Below, one piece after another: positions 48,302 through 56,975 of a stretch of DNA of 64,000 bases. Numbering within the stretch: position 1 is the first letter of the stretch; each line of letters opens with the position of its first letter. The notes under the pieces were generated by a model. The model was not told the DNA's origin. It was given only the letters and a program-made list of their open reading frames with translations, and made no database searches. Source of the stretch: Acidimicrobiia bacterium (GTDB lineage Bacteria > Actinomycetota > Acidimicrobiia > Spongiisociales > Spongiisociaceae); NCBI GenBank assembly GCA_041576165.1, contig JBFGLM010000001.1:64001-128000 (forward strand), written 5' to 3'. The position numbers were made by a program, and so were the translations under genes.

Positions 48302-50332
48302 ATGCATCCACCCCAACCCAAGAAGGTCCGGACCATCCGCTCGTTGCACGGTGAAGATTTCGTTGACGACTACAGCTGGTTGCGAGACCGCAACGACCCG
48401 GACACCATCGCATACCTCGCTGCCGAGAACGAGTACACAGAGAGGGCCACCGCTCACCTCGAGGATCTTCGCACCCAAATCTTCGCAGAGATCAAGACCC
48501 GCACTCAGGAAACCGATCTGTCCGCCCCCGCCAAACGCGGCGAATACTGGTATGCCTCCCGCACCGAGGAGGGCAAGCAGTACCCAACGCACGTGCGGAT
48601 GCGGGCCGAACCAGACGGTCCCGAAGAAGTTCTGCTCGACGTCAACGCGCTGGCTGCCGACCACGAATACCTGCGGGTCGGGGTCTTCAGCGTCTCCCCC
48701 GACGGGCAGATGCTCGCCTACTCGACCGACACCGATGGCAGCGAGAAATATACGATGCGGATCAGAGACCTCGCCGGCGGCGCCGATCTGGACGATGTCC
48801 TGGAGAACACGTACTACAGCGCGGCGTGGTCCGCTGATGGCCGCCACCTCTTCTACACGACCATCGACGCCGCGCACCGGCCGGACAAGATCTGGCGCCA
48901 CGCCCTCGGCACCGCGCAGTCGGAAGACGAACTCGTGCTGCATGAGCCGGATGACCGCATGTTCATTCACGTGACGACGAGCCAGGACGAGCAATATGTG
49001 ATCGCAGCCGCCGGCAGCCAGACGACGGCCGACGCCCGTTACATTCCCGCAGACCAACCAACGGCCGAGTGGCAATGGGTCCTCCCGCGGGAGCATGGCG
49101 TCGAATACCAGGCAGACCACAGAGAGGGGCGCTGGCTGGTGGTCACGAACGACGATGCGGTCAACGGCCGGCTTCTGTCCGTGTCGGTCGGCGACCCCGC
49201 CGACGTGATCGAGGTCATCCCGCACGACCCGGCCCGCAAGCTCAGCGGAGTAGTGGCCTTCTCCCAGCATGTCATCGTCTTCGGGCGCGGCGCCGGGCTC
49301 ACCGCAGTCACAATCCTCGCCGACGGCACCGATCCCCACGACCTCGACTTCGATGAACCGGTGTACACGGTCGGCCCTGAACGCAACCTCGAGTACGACA
49401 CAACAACCTTGCGGATCCACTACCAGTCGCTCGTGACGCCTCGCCGCATCATCGACGTGGACCTCACGACCGGCGAGCGGCGGGTCGTGAAGGAGACGCC
49501 CGTGCTCGGCGGTTTCCACTCGTCCGACTACACGTCGTCGCGTGACTGGGCGACGGCCGCCGACGGGACCCGGATCCCGATCTCCATCGTCCACCGCGCC
49601 GATCTGGACCGAACCCGGCCGGTTCCGGTATTGCTCTATGGCTACGGGTCGTACGAGATCCCGGTCGATCCCACCTTCTCGATCCCCCGCCTGTCGATCC
49701 TGGATCGGGGCGTCATGTTCGCGATCGCTCACATCCGGGGTGGAGGCGAGATGGGAAAGCCCTGGTACGAGTCCGGCAAGATGACCAACAAGGCGAACAC
49801 CTTCGAGGACTTCATCGCTTGTGCCCGCCATCTGATCGACACCGGCGTCACCACACCTGAACTGCTGGTTGCGCGAGGCGGATCAGCCGGCGGCTTGCTG
49901 ATCGGTGCCGTCGCCAACATGGCGCCGGAGCTGTTCAAGGCCTTGATGGCCCAGGTCCCGTTCGTCGACGTCGTCAACACCATGTTGGACGAGACCCTGC
50001 CGCTGACGGTGATCGAGTGGGAGGAATGGGGCAACCCCAAGATCGAGGAGCAGTACCGGTGGATCCGGGAGTACTCGCCCTACGACAACGTGGATGGCCG
50101 CGAGTACCCTGCGATGCTCGTCACCGCCGGGCTCAACGACCCGCGGGTCAGCTACTGGGAACCCGCCAAATGGGTCGCCAAACTGCGTGAAGTCGGCACC
50201 ACACGCGGACCGCTCCTCTTGAAGACCGAGATGGGAGCAGGCCATGCGGGACCCTCCGGCCGCTACGACGCTTGGAAGGACGAAGCGTTCGATCTGGCCT
50301 TCATGCTGGACCAGGTTGGGCTGGCGGGCTGA
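48302..50332 (+). CDS. ptrB: Oligopeptidase B / protease II (S9A)
   Basis: DDYSWLRD, YGYGSY, GGSAGG, DPRVSYWEPAKW and GAGH. Confidence 0.93.
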   Translation: MHPPQPKKVRTIRSLHGEDFVDDYSWLRDRNDPDTIAYLAAENEYTERATAHLEDLRTQIFAEIKTRTQETDLSAPAKRGEYWYASRTEEGKQYPTHVRMRAEPDGPEEVLLDVNALAADHEYLRVGVFSVSPDGQMLAYSTDTDGSEKYTMRIRDLAGGADLDDVLENTYYSAAWSADGRHLFYTTIDAAHRPDKIWRHALGTAQSEDELVLHEPDDRMFIHVTTSQDEQYVIAAAGSQTTADARYIPADQPTAEWQWVLPREHGVEYQADHREGRWLVVTNDDAVNGRLLSVSVGDPADVIEVIPHDPARKLSGVVAFSQHVIVFGRGAGLTAVTILADGTDPHDLDFDEPVYTVGPERNLEYDTTTLRIHYQSLVTPRRIIDVDLTTGERRVVKETPVLGGFHSSDYTSSRDWATAADGTRIPISIVHRADLDRTRPVPVLLYGYGSYEIPVDPTFSIPRLSILDRGVMFAIAHIRGGGEMGKPWYESGKMTNKANTFEDFIACARHLIDTGVTTPELLVARGGSAGGLLIGAVANMAPELFKALMAQVPFVDVVNTMLDETLPLTVIEWEEWGNPKIEEQYRWIREYSPYDNVDGREYPAMLVTAGLNDPRVSYWEPAKWVAKLREVGTTRGPLLLKTEMGAGHAGPSGRYDAWKDEAFDLAFMLDQVGLAG

Positions 50333-50357
50333 GCCGGCTCCCCCGGCCCCCGGCCGA

Positions 50358-51938
50358 TCAGCGAATGCCGACCGGCCGCCATCCTGGGTCGAATGTGGCC
50401 CCCCAGCTGTCGGACAAGCGTTGCTCTGCGAGCTGGCTCCAAGCCTGCAATGCACAGAACGGAGCACATTGCGGAGTGTCGCCGTTGCGGGTGCCCACGT
50501 GCACGCAACATTGCATCAGGCGCTCCTCGATCATGTTTGACATGTCCATGAACGGCTTGACCGTGAGCCGCACGATCCGCTCGGCCATCAGTGTTCGCAG
50601 CCGTTTGGCGCCGCCTCCCACCACCGCCCGACCGGCCATTCGCAACATGGCGGGTATTCCGAGGTCGCACGTGCGGCACACGATCTCGAACAGGTCTCCG
50701 ATCGTGGGGTGGGAGAGCGACTGTTGCTCCGACAGCAACCCGAGCAGGGAGACTCGGACCGAATCGCGCAGGTCGTTCATGATGTCGGAAGACGCGATGG
50801 TATTGGACACGAGTCCCAGGTGTTCGCGGAGGCGGTCATGGCCGATTGCGCGTACCAGCGACCGCCACGACCCATCGTCCTGTCTGATCATGTAGCCGAT
50901 AGAGCAGCAATGAGGGTGCGAGCAGGGCAGGGCGGTGAGGTCCTCCCACGTCACCACCCCGGCTGTCTGCGGTCCCAGCCGCCGCAACACGCCGCCATGG
51001 GTCAGGCGATCGCGGCGATCAATCGGTCCTGAGCGTCCTGAACCAAACTGCGGCTGGATCGACACCCCGCCGACGAAGGGAGTGTCGAGGGCGAGGCTCA
51101 CGACGGCGCCGATCTCGTCGTCGTTGACATCTTTTGCTGCCGTCATCGTGAGGGTCGTGAAGACACCGGCTTCGCTGAGCCGTGCTACCGCTCGCAGCTT
51201 CATTGCGCTGAGATCGGCACCCCGATGATGGCGGTACGTGGCCGAGCGGAGGCCGTCGAACTGGAGGTAGACCTCGACCCGGTCCCGTCGCGCTTCGAGC
51301 GCAGCGATCAATGAGTCGTCACGTGCCACCGCCACACCGTTGGTGTTGACCAGGATGCGGGTGATGGGACGAGCGGACAGCTCGTCGAGGATGGAGACGA
51401 AATCGGGGTGGAGCGTCGGCTCGCCGCCCGAGAGCATCACCACATCGAGATGATCCCCCTCACGCCCGAGGCGCTGGTCCACGTTGGCCAGCACCTCGCC
51501 CGGCGGGACGACACCGCCGGCATGGGGAGCGGAACCGGCGAAACACGTGGGGCAGCGCAGGTTGCACTCACTGATGATGTCCTCGAGCAGGATGCAGGTG
51601 TGCTGGGTCTGCAGCTCGCCCAGACCCTGCCGGTAGGCCAGGGGGATCTGGTCGTAGTTGCCGGGCGTGTCGGGCACATGCAGTTTGGTAGGGGCGGTCC
51701 AGGTCTCCAGATATCTCAAGATCTGCGGATCCTCGTCGTAGAGGGTTTCCACCCGTCCGTGTTCACGACACCCCCGCACCAGCCATACGCGATCGTCGCG
51801 AACCGACAGGTAACCTGACAACCGCTCGACCAGCTCCAGCGGCCGGTCCGGCCACTGGTCGTGGCAATCGGGGCAAAACGCAACGACGTAGCGGTGGATG
51901 AAATCGCCTCGGAGCGGCATCCCTCGGGCCACCGTCAT
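50358..51938 (-). CDS. Radical SAM enzyme of the tetraether synthase (Tes/GDGT-MAS, MJ0619)-like family
   Basis: N-terminal CPDC...CREHG, radical SAM motif CNLRCPTC, SGGEPTLHP, VYLQFDG, and C-terminal PCSHPHCC and CCVHV...PFC. Confidence 0.85.
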   Translation of the reverse strand: MTVARGMPLRGDFIHRYVVAFCPDCHDQWPDRPLELVERLSGYLSVRDDRVWLVRGCREHGRVETLYDEDPQILRYLETWTAPTKLHVPDTPGNYDQIPLAYRQGLGELQTQHTCILLEDIISECNLRCPTCFAGSAPHAGGVVPPGEVLANVDQRLGREGDHLDVVMLSGGEPTLHPDFVSILDELSARPITRILVNTNGVAVARDDSLIAALEARRDRVEVYLQFDGLRSATYRHHRGADLSAMKLRAVARLSEAGVFTTLTMTAAKDVNDDEIGAVVSLALDTPFVGGVSIQPQFGSGRSGPIDRRDRLTHGGVLRRLGPQTAGVVTWEDLTALPCSHPHCCSIGYMIRQDDGSWRSLVRAIGHDRLREHLGLVSNTIASSDIMNDLRDSVRVSLLGLLSEQQSLSHPTIGDLFEIVCRTCDLGIPAMLRMAGRAVVGGGAKRLRTLMAERIVRLTVKPFMDMSNMIEERLMQCCVHVGTRNGDTPQCAPFCALQAWSQLAEQRLSDSWGATFDPGWRPVGIR

Positions 51939-52294
51939 GCTCCCGAGAGCGAGGCGACGATCAGCGCCACGCATGTGCCGATCAGCACCAGCAGCACCCC
52001 GAGGCCGAGGAAGAAGCCGGTGAGGAACCTGCCCTGGGCCCGGCGGTAACCCCAAATGGGAATCAGAACGAACAGCGCCAGCGTCACCAGCCCGCCCAGG
52101 GAGGCCGCGCCCCGGGTGGCGCCATCGCTGCCGGTGGCGTTGGCAAGACCGGCGAGGAGGCCGCTGATGAGTGCCCCCCCGAACACCGCAACGAGGAACC
52201 CCAAAAACCCGGCCGTCTTCGGGTAGCGGGTTACGAAGGATCCGCCGCGGCCGTCGGGACGGCCGGGTCCCGCCGGTGGTGGCTGGTTGGTCAC
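51935..52294 (-). CDS. Small three-TM membrane protein with a single C-terminal Cys (candidate Lgt substrate)
   Basis: GTGA overlap with the Lgt-like stop and ATGA overlap with the radical SAM start; 119 aa ending YRRAQGRFLTGFFLGLGVLLVLIGTCVALIVASLSGA. Confidence 0.75.
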   Translation of the reverse strand: MTNQPPPAGPGRPDGRGGSFVTRYPKTAGFLGFLVAVFGGALISGLLAGLANATGSDGATRGAASLGGLVTLALFVLIPIWGYRRAQGRFLTGFFLGLGVLLVLIGTCVALIVASLSGA

Positions 52295-53076
52295 GCGATC
52301 CCCGGGACAGCTCGGCCGCGGCGGATCAGGCGCCATGTGATCGATACAACCACCACTGCGAATCCGGTCAGGAGGAACAGCTGGGATCCAGACATGCCGA
52401 ACCAGAGGGCCGGGTTGCCCCGGACGAATTCCAGCGCGAAGCGGGCGATGGCATAAGCGCCTACATACATGGGGAAGAGCCGTCCGGCGAAACGGGCGTC
52501 GTCCCGGACTCGCAACAGGAGCACCAGGGCCAGGACGTGGAACCCAATCTCGTAGAGAAACGAGGGATGCATCGGCAGCCCGAGCCGGCACTGGGGGCAG
52601 AACGGCATCTGCATGGCCTGCTCCGCGCTCACGGCCAGCCCCCAAGGAAGAGAGGTCGTGGTCCCGATCTGCTCGGTGAGGAAACACCCGATCCGGCCGA
52701 TCGCCATACCGAGGGCCACCGCCGGAGCGAAGAAGTCGCCGGTCGAACCACGATATCCGATCAGCTTCTTCGCCACGATCGCCCCTACGTACGCGCCGAC
52801 CAGGCCACCGAGAATGGACCGGCCGGCATGGGTGAAGAGCCCGGTGACAGTCGGTTCGGTCCCTTCGGCCAGGTACCGAATGCCGGTGCCCACCCGGGCG
52901 AACAACCCGCCCCCGACCAGCGCACCGGCCACCACCGTCCATAGTTCATCGCTCCACCGGCCCCGCCGGCGGGCCTCTAGCACGAACACCACACCCGCGG
53001 CGAGGACCCCGACCCCGATGAAGAACTCGTGGGTCGGGATGCTCAGCCCTCCCACCGTGAAGAGGACGGGGACCAT
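52291..53076 (-). CDS. Prolipoprotein diacylglyceryl transferase (Lgt)-like protein
   Basis: PVLFTVG..I.TH, GRIGCF, LPWG, HPSFLYE and RFALEFVRG. Leaderless TAGCGT-N6-ATG. Confidence 0.88.
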   Translation of the reverse strand: MVPVLFTVGGLSIPTHEFFIGVGVLAAGVVFVLEARRRGRWSDELWTVVAGALVGGGLFARVGTGIRYLAEGTEPTVTGLFTHAGRSILGGLVGAYVGAIVAKKLIGYRGSTGDFFAPAVALGMAIGRIGCFLTEQIGTTTSLPWGLAVSAEQAMQMPFCPQCRLGLPMHPSFLYEIGFHVLALVLLLRVRDDARFAGRLFPMYVGAYAIARFALEFVRGNPALWFGMSGSQLFLLTGFAVVVVSITWRLIRRGRAVPGIA

Positions 53077-53135
53077 GGGTTCACGCTAGCTGCGAACACG
53101 CCGGCGCGACCGGCGAGACCCTCACGAAGTTGGCT

Positions 53136-53807
53136 TCAGTCGCGGGCAAGCAGCTGGTCTGCCACTGCGTCCAGGTCGGGCGCGACGATATCGGGACGTT
53201 CGCTGACGGCGGTGAGATACATACCCGGGCGGGCGACGAACGCTCCCAACGCGCCGGCCCGCATTGCGCCGGTAACGTCCCAGTCGTGCGCGGCGATCAT
53301 GCGCAGCTCGCCGATCGGCCGACCCAGCCGCTCGGCCACGGCTCGATACGTCGCAGGGGCGGGCTTGAAAGCTTCCACCATCTCGACGGAGAACGTCTCA
53401 TCGAAGAGGTCGGCCAGGCCGGCGTTGGCCATCTGGTCAGCCACCATCGACCCGCTGGAGTTGGTGAGCGTGACCATCGCAAAGCCGGCGGATCGTATCC
53501 GTTCCAGGGCAGCCCGCACCTCCGGGTGCGGTGGCAGGGCGCGCATGCCGGCCACCACCTCCTGAGCAACTTCTTCGCCGAGTTCGATCCCGGCTCGTCG
53601 GGTAACCAGCAGCAACGCGTCGGTCCCCAGCTCGTCGAACGGCCGGTAGGCGCCAGTGAGGGTCGCAACGAGCGAGTTGCGGAGCATTTGCCCGAACCAC
53701 ACCGGCAACAGATCAACCGTCCCGACTGTTTTTTCAAAGGACGGGCGCAGCGCTCGGAGGTCGAGCAAGGTTTCGTTGACATCGAAGACAAGAGTTTCTC
53801 GGATCAT
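53136..53807 (-). CDS. Haloacid dehalogenase type II (HAD superfamily)
   Basis: FDVNETLLD, LTNS, FKPAP and AAHDWDVTGA. Confidence 0.92.
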   Translation of the reverse strand: MIRETLVFDVNETLLDLRALRPSFEKTVGTVDLLPVWFGQMLRNSLVATLTGAYRPFDELGTDALLLVTRRAGIELGEEVAQEVVAGMRALPPHPEVRAALERIRSAGFAMVTLTNSSGSMVADQMANAGLADLFDETFSVEMVEAFKPAPATYRAVAERLGRPIGELRMIAAHDWDVTGAMRAGALGAFVARPGMYLTAVSERPDIVAPDLDAVADQLLARD

Positions 53808-53886
53808 CCGGGTTCTCCTTGCGGGTGGCTCCAGACGGTCGCTGGCCGCCCGGGCCACGATACGAGTAGCGTGCCGCCCACGAACC

Positions 53887-54624
53887 ATGCCCGATCTGAG
53901 CCTGTTTGTGAACGACCTGGGCGATCCCGTGCCCGCTCTGACCGCCGACGAAATGCGAGAAGTCGACCGCCTCGCCATCGAGGTACACGGGCCGAGTCTC
54001 CTTCAAATGATGGAGAACGCCGGCCGCAACCTCGCCCTGAGCGCACTCGAGCTGTTGGGCAATCGCTGGCGCGATGGGCAACTTCTCGTGCTGGCTGGGA
54101 CCGGCGGCAATGGCGGCGGCGGGATCGCCGCCGCCCGGCACCTGGCCAATCGTGGGGCCGACGTGGCGATCGTCGTGACGAACATCGACGGACTCGAGGA
54201 GGTGCCGACGCTGCAGCTGGACATCTTCAGAGGCACCGACGGCCGCACGCTGGGAGGGTCCGAGCTCGCCTCCACCGAACCAGCGCTGGTGATCGACGCC
54301 ATAATCGGGTATTCCCTGCGAGGATCTCCCCGAGGGGCCGCACTCGACATGATCGAATTCGTCAACGAAAGTTCGGCGCCGGTGGTGTCCCTCGACACGC
54401 CCTCCGGCCTGGATGTCACCTCCGGCACCTGTCCGGGCGCGGTCGTCACGGCCACCACGACGGTCACCCTCGCATTGCCCAAATGCGGTCTCACCGCGCC
54501 GCAGGCCGGCGACGTCGTATTGGCCGACATAGGGATCCCGCCGATCGTGTACAGGTCGCTCGGGCTGGAGTTCACATCGCCCGTTTTCGACCACCGCTAT
54601 CGAGTCCCGCTGGGCCGCGCATGA
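53887..54624 (+). CDS. nnrE: NAD(P)H-hydrate epimerase (stand-alone YjeF-N)
   Basis: MREVD, MMENAG, GTGGNGGGG, IDAIIGYS and SLDTPSG. Confidence 0.88.
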   Translation: MPDLSLFVNDLGDPVPALTADEMREVDRLAIEVHGPSLLQMMENAGRNLALSALELLGNRWRDGQLLVLAGTGGNGGGGIAAARHLANRGADVAIVVTNIDGLEEVPTLQLDIFRGTDGRTLGGSELASTEPALVIDAIIGYSLRGSPRGAALDMIEFVNESSAPVVSLDTPSGLDVTSGTCPGAVVTATTTVTLALPKCGLTAPQAGDVVLADIGIPPIVYRSLGLEFTSPVFDHRYRVPLGRA

Positions 54625-55385
54625 CGCCAGCACCCCGCCTCGCCCTCGTCGCCTCACTGGCCCCGGAGGCCCAGCAGGCGGCGGAGCGCCTGTGCGCGAC
54701 GTACACATTCGTCGACCGTGACGAAGCGGACGTGATCGTGGCACTCGGCGGAGACGGTTTGATGTTGCGTACCTTGCATTCGACCGTTGATCGGCCAGTC
54801 CCGGTCTATGGCATGAACCGCGGCTCATTGGGCTGGCTGATGAACCGGTACCGGCCCGATGATTTGATCGAACGGGTGGCTCGGGCCGCGCCGGTCGTCC
54901 TGCATCCGCTCGAGATGGAAGCTGACACCGAGTCCGGCCAGACCCTCCGTGCCTATGCCTTCAATGAGGTGTCGCTCTATCGCCAGACCCATCAAAGCGC
55001 CAAGCTCTCGATCAAGATCGACGGTGTGGAGCGACTGCCGGAGTTGATGGCCGACGGCCTGGTCGTGTCGACGCCGGCCGGGAGCACCGCCTACAACCTC
55101 TCGGCCGGCGGTCCGATCGTCCCGCTCCAGGCGAATGTGCTCGCGGTCACTCCACTCAGTCCGTTCCGTCCGAGCCGCTGGCCCGGTGCGTTGATCCGGG
55201 ACAGCGCCGCCGTGACGGTCGACATTCTGGAAGTCCAGAAACGACCGGTAGGAGCGGTGGCCGATTCAACCGAAGTGCGAAATGTGAGCTCAGTCCGGAT
55301 TCGCAAATCCTCCCAGACCGCCCGGCTGCTGTTCGACTCGGAGGATTCACTCGATGACCGGGTGATGGGTCTGCAATTTGGATGA
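54621..55385 (+). CDS. nadK: NAD kinase
   Basis: LGGDG, NE and DGLVVSTPAGSTAYNLSAGGP. ATGA overlap with nnrE. Confidence 0.93.
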   Translation: MTPAPRLALVASLAPEAQQAAERLCATYTFVDRDEADVIVALGGDGLMLRTLHSTVDRPVPVYGMNRGSLGWLMNRYRPDDLIERVARAAPVVLHPLEMEADTESGQTLRAYAFNEVSLYRQTHQSAKLSIKIDGVERLPELMADGLVVSTPAGSTAYNLSAGGPIVPLQANVLAVTPLSPFRPSRWPGALIRDSAAVTVDILEVQKRPVGAVADSTEVRNVSSVRIRKSSQTARLLFDSEDSLDDRVMGLQFG

Positions 55386-55437
55386 CCCAGCCGGGGGCCG
55401 GAACCACCGACCCCCGCGGGTGTCCGTCCGTCGCCGA

Positions 55438-56319
55438 TCAGAACTCAACGGTCAGTTCGATCATCTCGTTGGCGCGCAAGATGACCGCCGGCACCCTGGC
55501 GCCCTCCTCTATCGTTTCCAACACTGCGTAAAGGTCATCCGCGGTGCTCAACTCGGCCCCGGCGACCGACACCAGCAGATCGCCCTCCCGAATGCCCACT
55601 TGGCCTGCGGGGCTATCGTCCTCGACCACCCGAACCAGCAGGCCGTCGGCTTCCTCCAGCCCGACCGCCCGACGCATCTTGCGGGCGACCTCGTTGGGCG
55701 CAACTCCCACCCCCAGCCTCACCCGGCTTGCGGCTTGACCCGTCCGCAGCCGCGAGATCGTCTGGTCGAGCGTGGGGCCGGCTGGGATCGCCAGGTAAAA
55801 GCCCTCGCCGAGCCGGTTGGTGTTGATCCCGAGCAAGCGACCGTTGCGGTCGACCACCGGCCCACCCGACGACCCGGGGAGGAGCGGCGCCGTGTGTTCG
55901 AGGCTTCCTCGGATCTTGCGGCCCCGCGGACCGCGGAACTCGCGCTGGGTGCCGGATATGTACCCGATGGTCACCCGGAGCCCCTCCCCGCCCGGATTAC
56001 TGAGGCCCAAGACCGGCAGACCGATATCGGGCGTTTCGCCGGCCTCGCGTGAGATCGGCACCATCTCGCCGGTGTCTGCCTCGATGATGGCCAGGTCGGA
56101 TTCGTAATCAGCCGCGACGACGGTGCCCTCCGCCCGCCGTCCGTCACCAAAACTCACTCCGACCCCCTCACGGCGGACGTTGTGGGCATTGGTGAGCACG
56201 ATGCCCGGCTCGATCACGATGCCCGAACCCCGGGGCCCGCGGCGGCCGATCCCTACGACCGATGGACCCACCTGATCGGCGATTTCGCTGATCGCTTGCT
56301 GCATTTCTTCCAAGAGCAC
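55438..56319 (-). CDS. S1C trypsin-like serine protease with PDZ domain, no signal peptide
   Basis: GSGI..LTNAHNV, DLAI and PGSSGGP; C-terminal PDZ. Confidence 0.9.
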   Translation of the reverse strand: MLLEEMQQAISEIADQVGPSVVGIGRRGPRGSGIVIEPGIVLTNAHNVRREGVGVSFGDGRRAEGTVVAADYESDLAIIEADTGEMVPISREAGETPDIGLPVLGLSNPGGEGLRVTIGYISGTQREFRGPRGRKIRGSLEHTAPLLPGSSGGPVVDRNGRLLGINTNRLGEGFYLAIPAGPTLDQTISRLRTGQAASRVRLGVGVAPNEVARKMRRAVGLEEADGLLVRVVEDDSPAGQVGIREGDLLVSVAGAELSTADDLYAVLETIEEGARVPAVILRANEMIELTVEF

Positions 56320-56477
56320 CGCACATCCTTTCGTTGCGGTCTGGTCCGCCGCCTCGCCACCGGATCGGATGTCCGGTAGTCGCCGGCCCTCCGGCCCGCC
56401 GGGCCCAGCCAGCCCAGTGGCAGCGGGGTTGAGATTTGCTGGCTGGTTGTCGGCTCCTCGTCGGCCTCCAGGTTGAT

Positions 56478-56501
56478 ACTTGTTACTTGCAAGTTACAAG
56501 T
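56478..56501. promoter_or_regulatory. 24-bp near-perfect palindromic operator, probably bound by the HxlR-family regulator
   Basis: ACTTGTTACTTG|CAAGTTACAAGT (one mismatch), immediately upstream of the -10 TACCAT of the leaderless regulator gene. Confidence 0.65.
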
Positions 56502-56513
56502 TACCATAGAGGC

Positions 56514-56945
56514 ATGCGGGCCGAAGCCGGATCGGAGAGCGAAGTGAATCCCCTCACCGCCGCCTTGGAGCGGGTGGGTGATCGCTGGACGCTGCTGCTC
56601 GTCCAGGCCCTGCTGCGGGGCCCGCGACGGTTCGGCGACCTCGAGCGCGAGATCCAGGGGATCGCACCCAACATTCTCACGAAACGGCTCCAGCATTTGG
56701 GACGCGAGGGCCTCGTGCTCGCTATCCCCTACACCCAACGACCGCTGCGGGTCGATTACCGGCTGACGGGCACCGGCCAGGAGCTGGCCGGGGCGCTCCG
56801 GCTACTGGCTCACTGGGGTGCCCGCCACAGCGAAGCCGACCCACCCCGGCATGATGCCTGTGGGACTCCGTTGGAGCCGCGCTGGCACTGCCCTACTTGT
56901 GAGCGTCAGGTCGCCGATGATGAGGAGGCCATCCGGTTCCTGTGA
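56514..56945 (+). CDS. HxlR family winged-helix transcriptional regulator
   Basis: ALERVGDRWTLLLV...GPRRFGDL...ILTKRL...YRLT..G..L. Confidence 0.92.
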   Translation: MRAEAGSESEVNPLTAALERVGDRWTLLLVQALLRGPRRFGDLEREIQGIAPNILTKRLQHLGREGLVLAIPYTQRPLRVDYRLTGTGQELAGALRLLAHWGARHSEADPPRHDACGTPLEPRWHCPTCERQVADDEEAIRFL

Positions 56946-56975
56946 GTCGGGTGGCCGGCGGTGGGTCGGGATCCC

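Noticed and set aside
2714-49831. Many long antisense or alternative-frame ORFs (e.g. 2714-4315, 5658-7292, 31091-32719, 32884-34971, 48209-49831)
   Set aside because: They shadow well-supported genes, are Arg/Pro/Gly-rich without motifs, and are expected in high-GC DNA.
50358-51938. MoaA or pterin methyltransferase annotation for the radical SAM
   Set aside because: It lacks the MoaA C-terminal CxxC-x13-C and GG end. The operon context points to lipid chemistry, and the pterin label is a legacy name for the MJ0619 family.
53130-54620. Roughly 500-aa N-terminal extension on the NAD kinase (751-aa ORF)
   Set aside because: It overlaps the HAD and nnrE genes and is low-complexity. The real start is ATG 54621.
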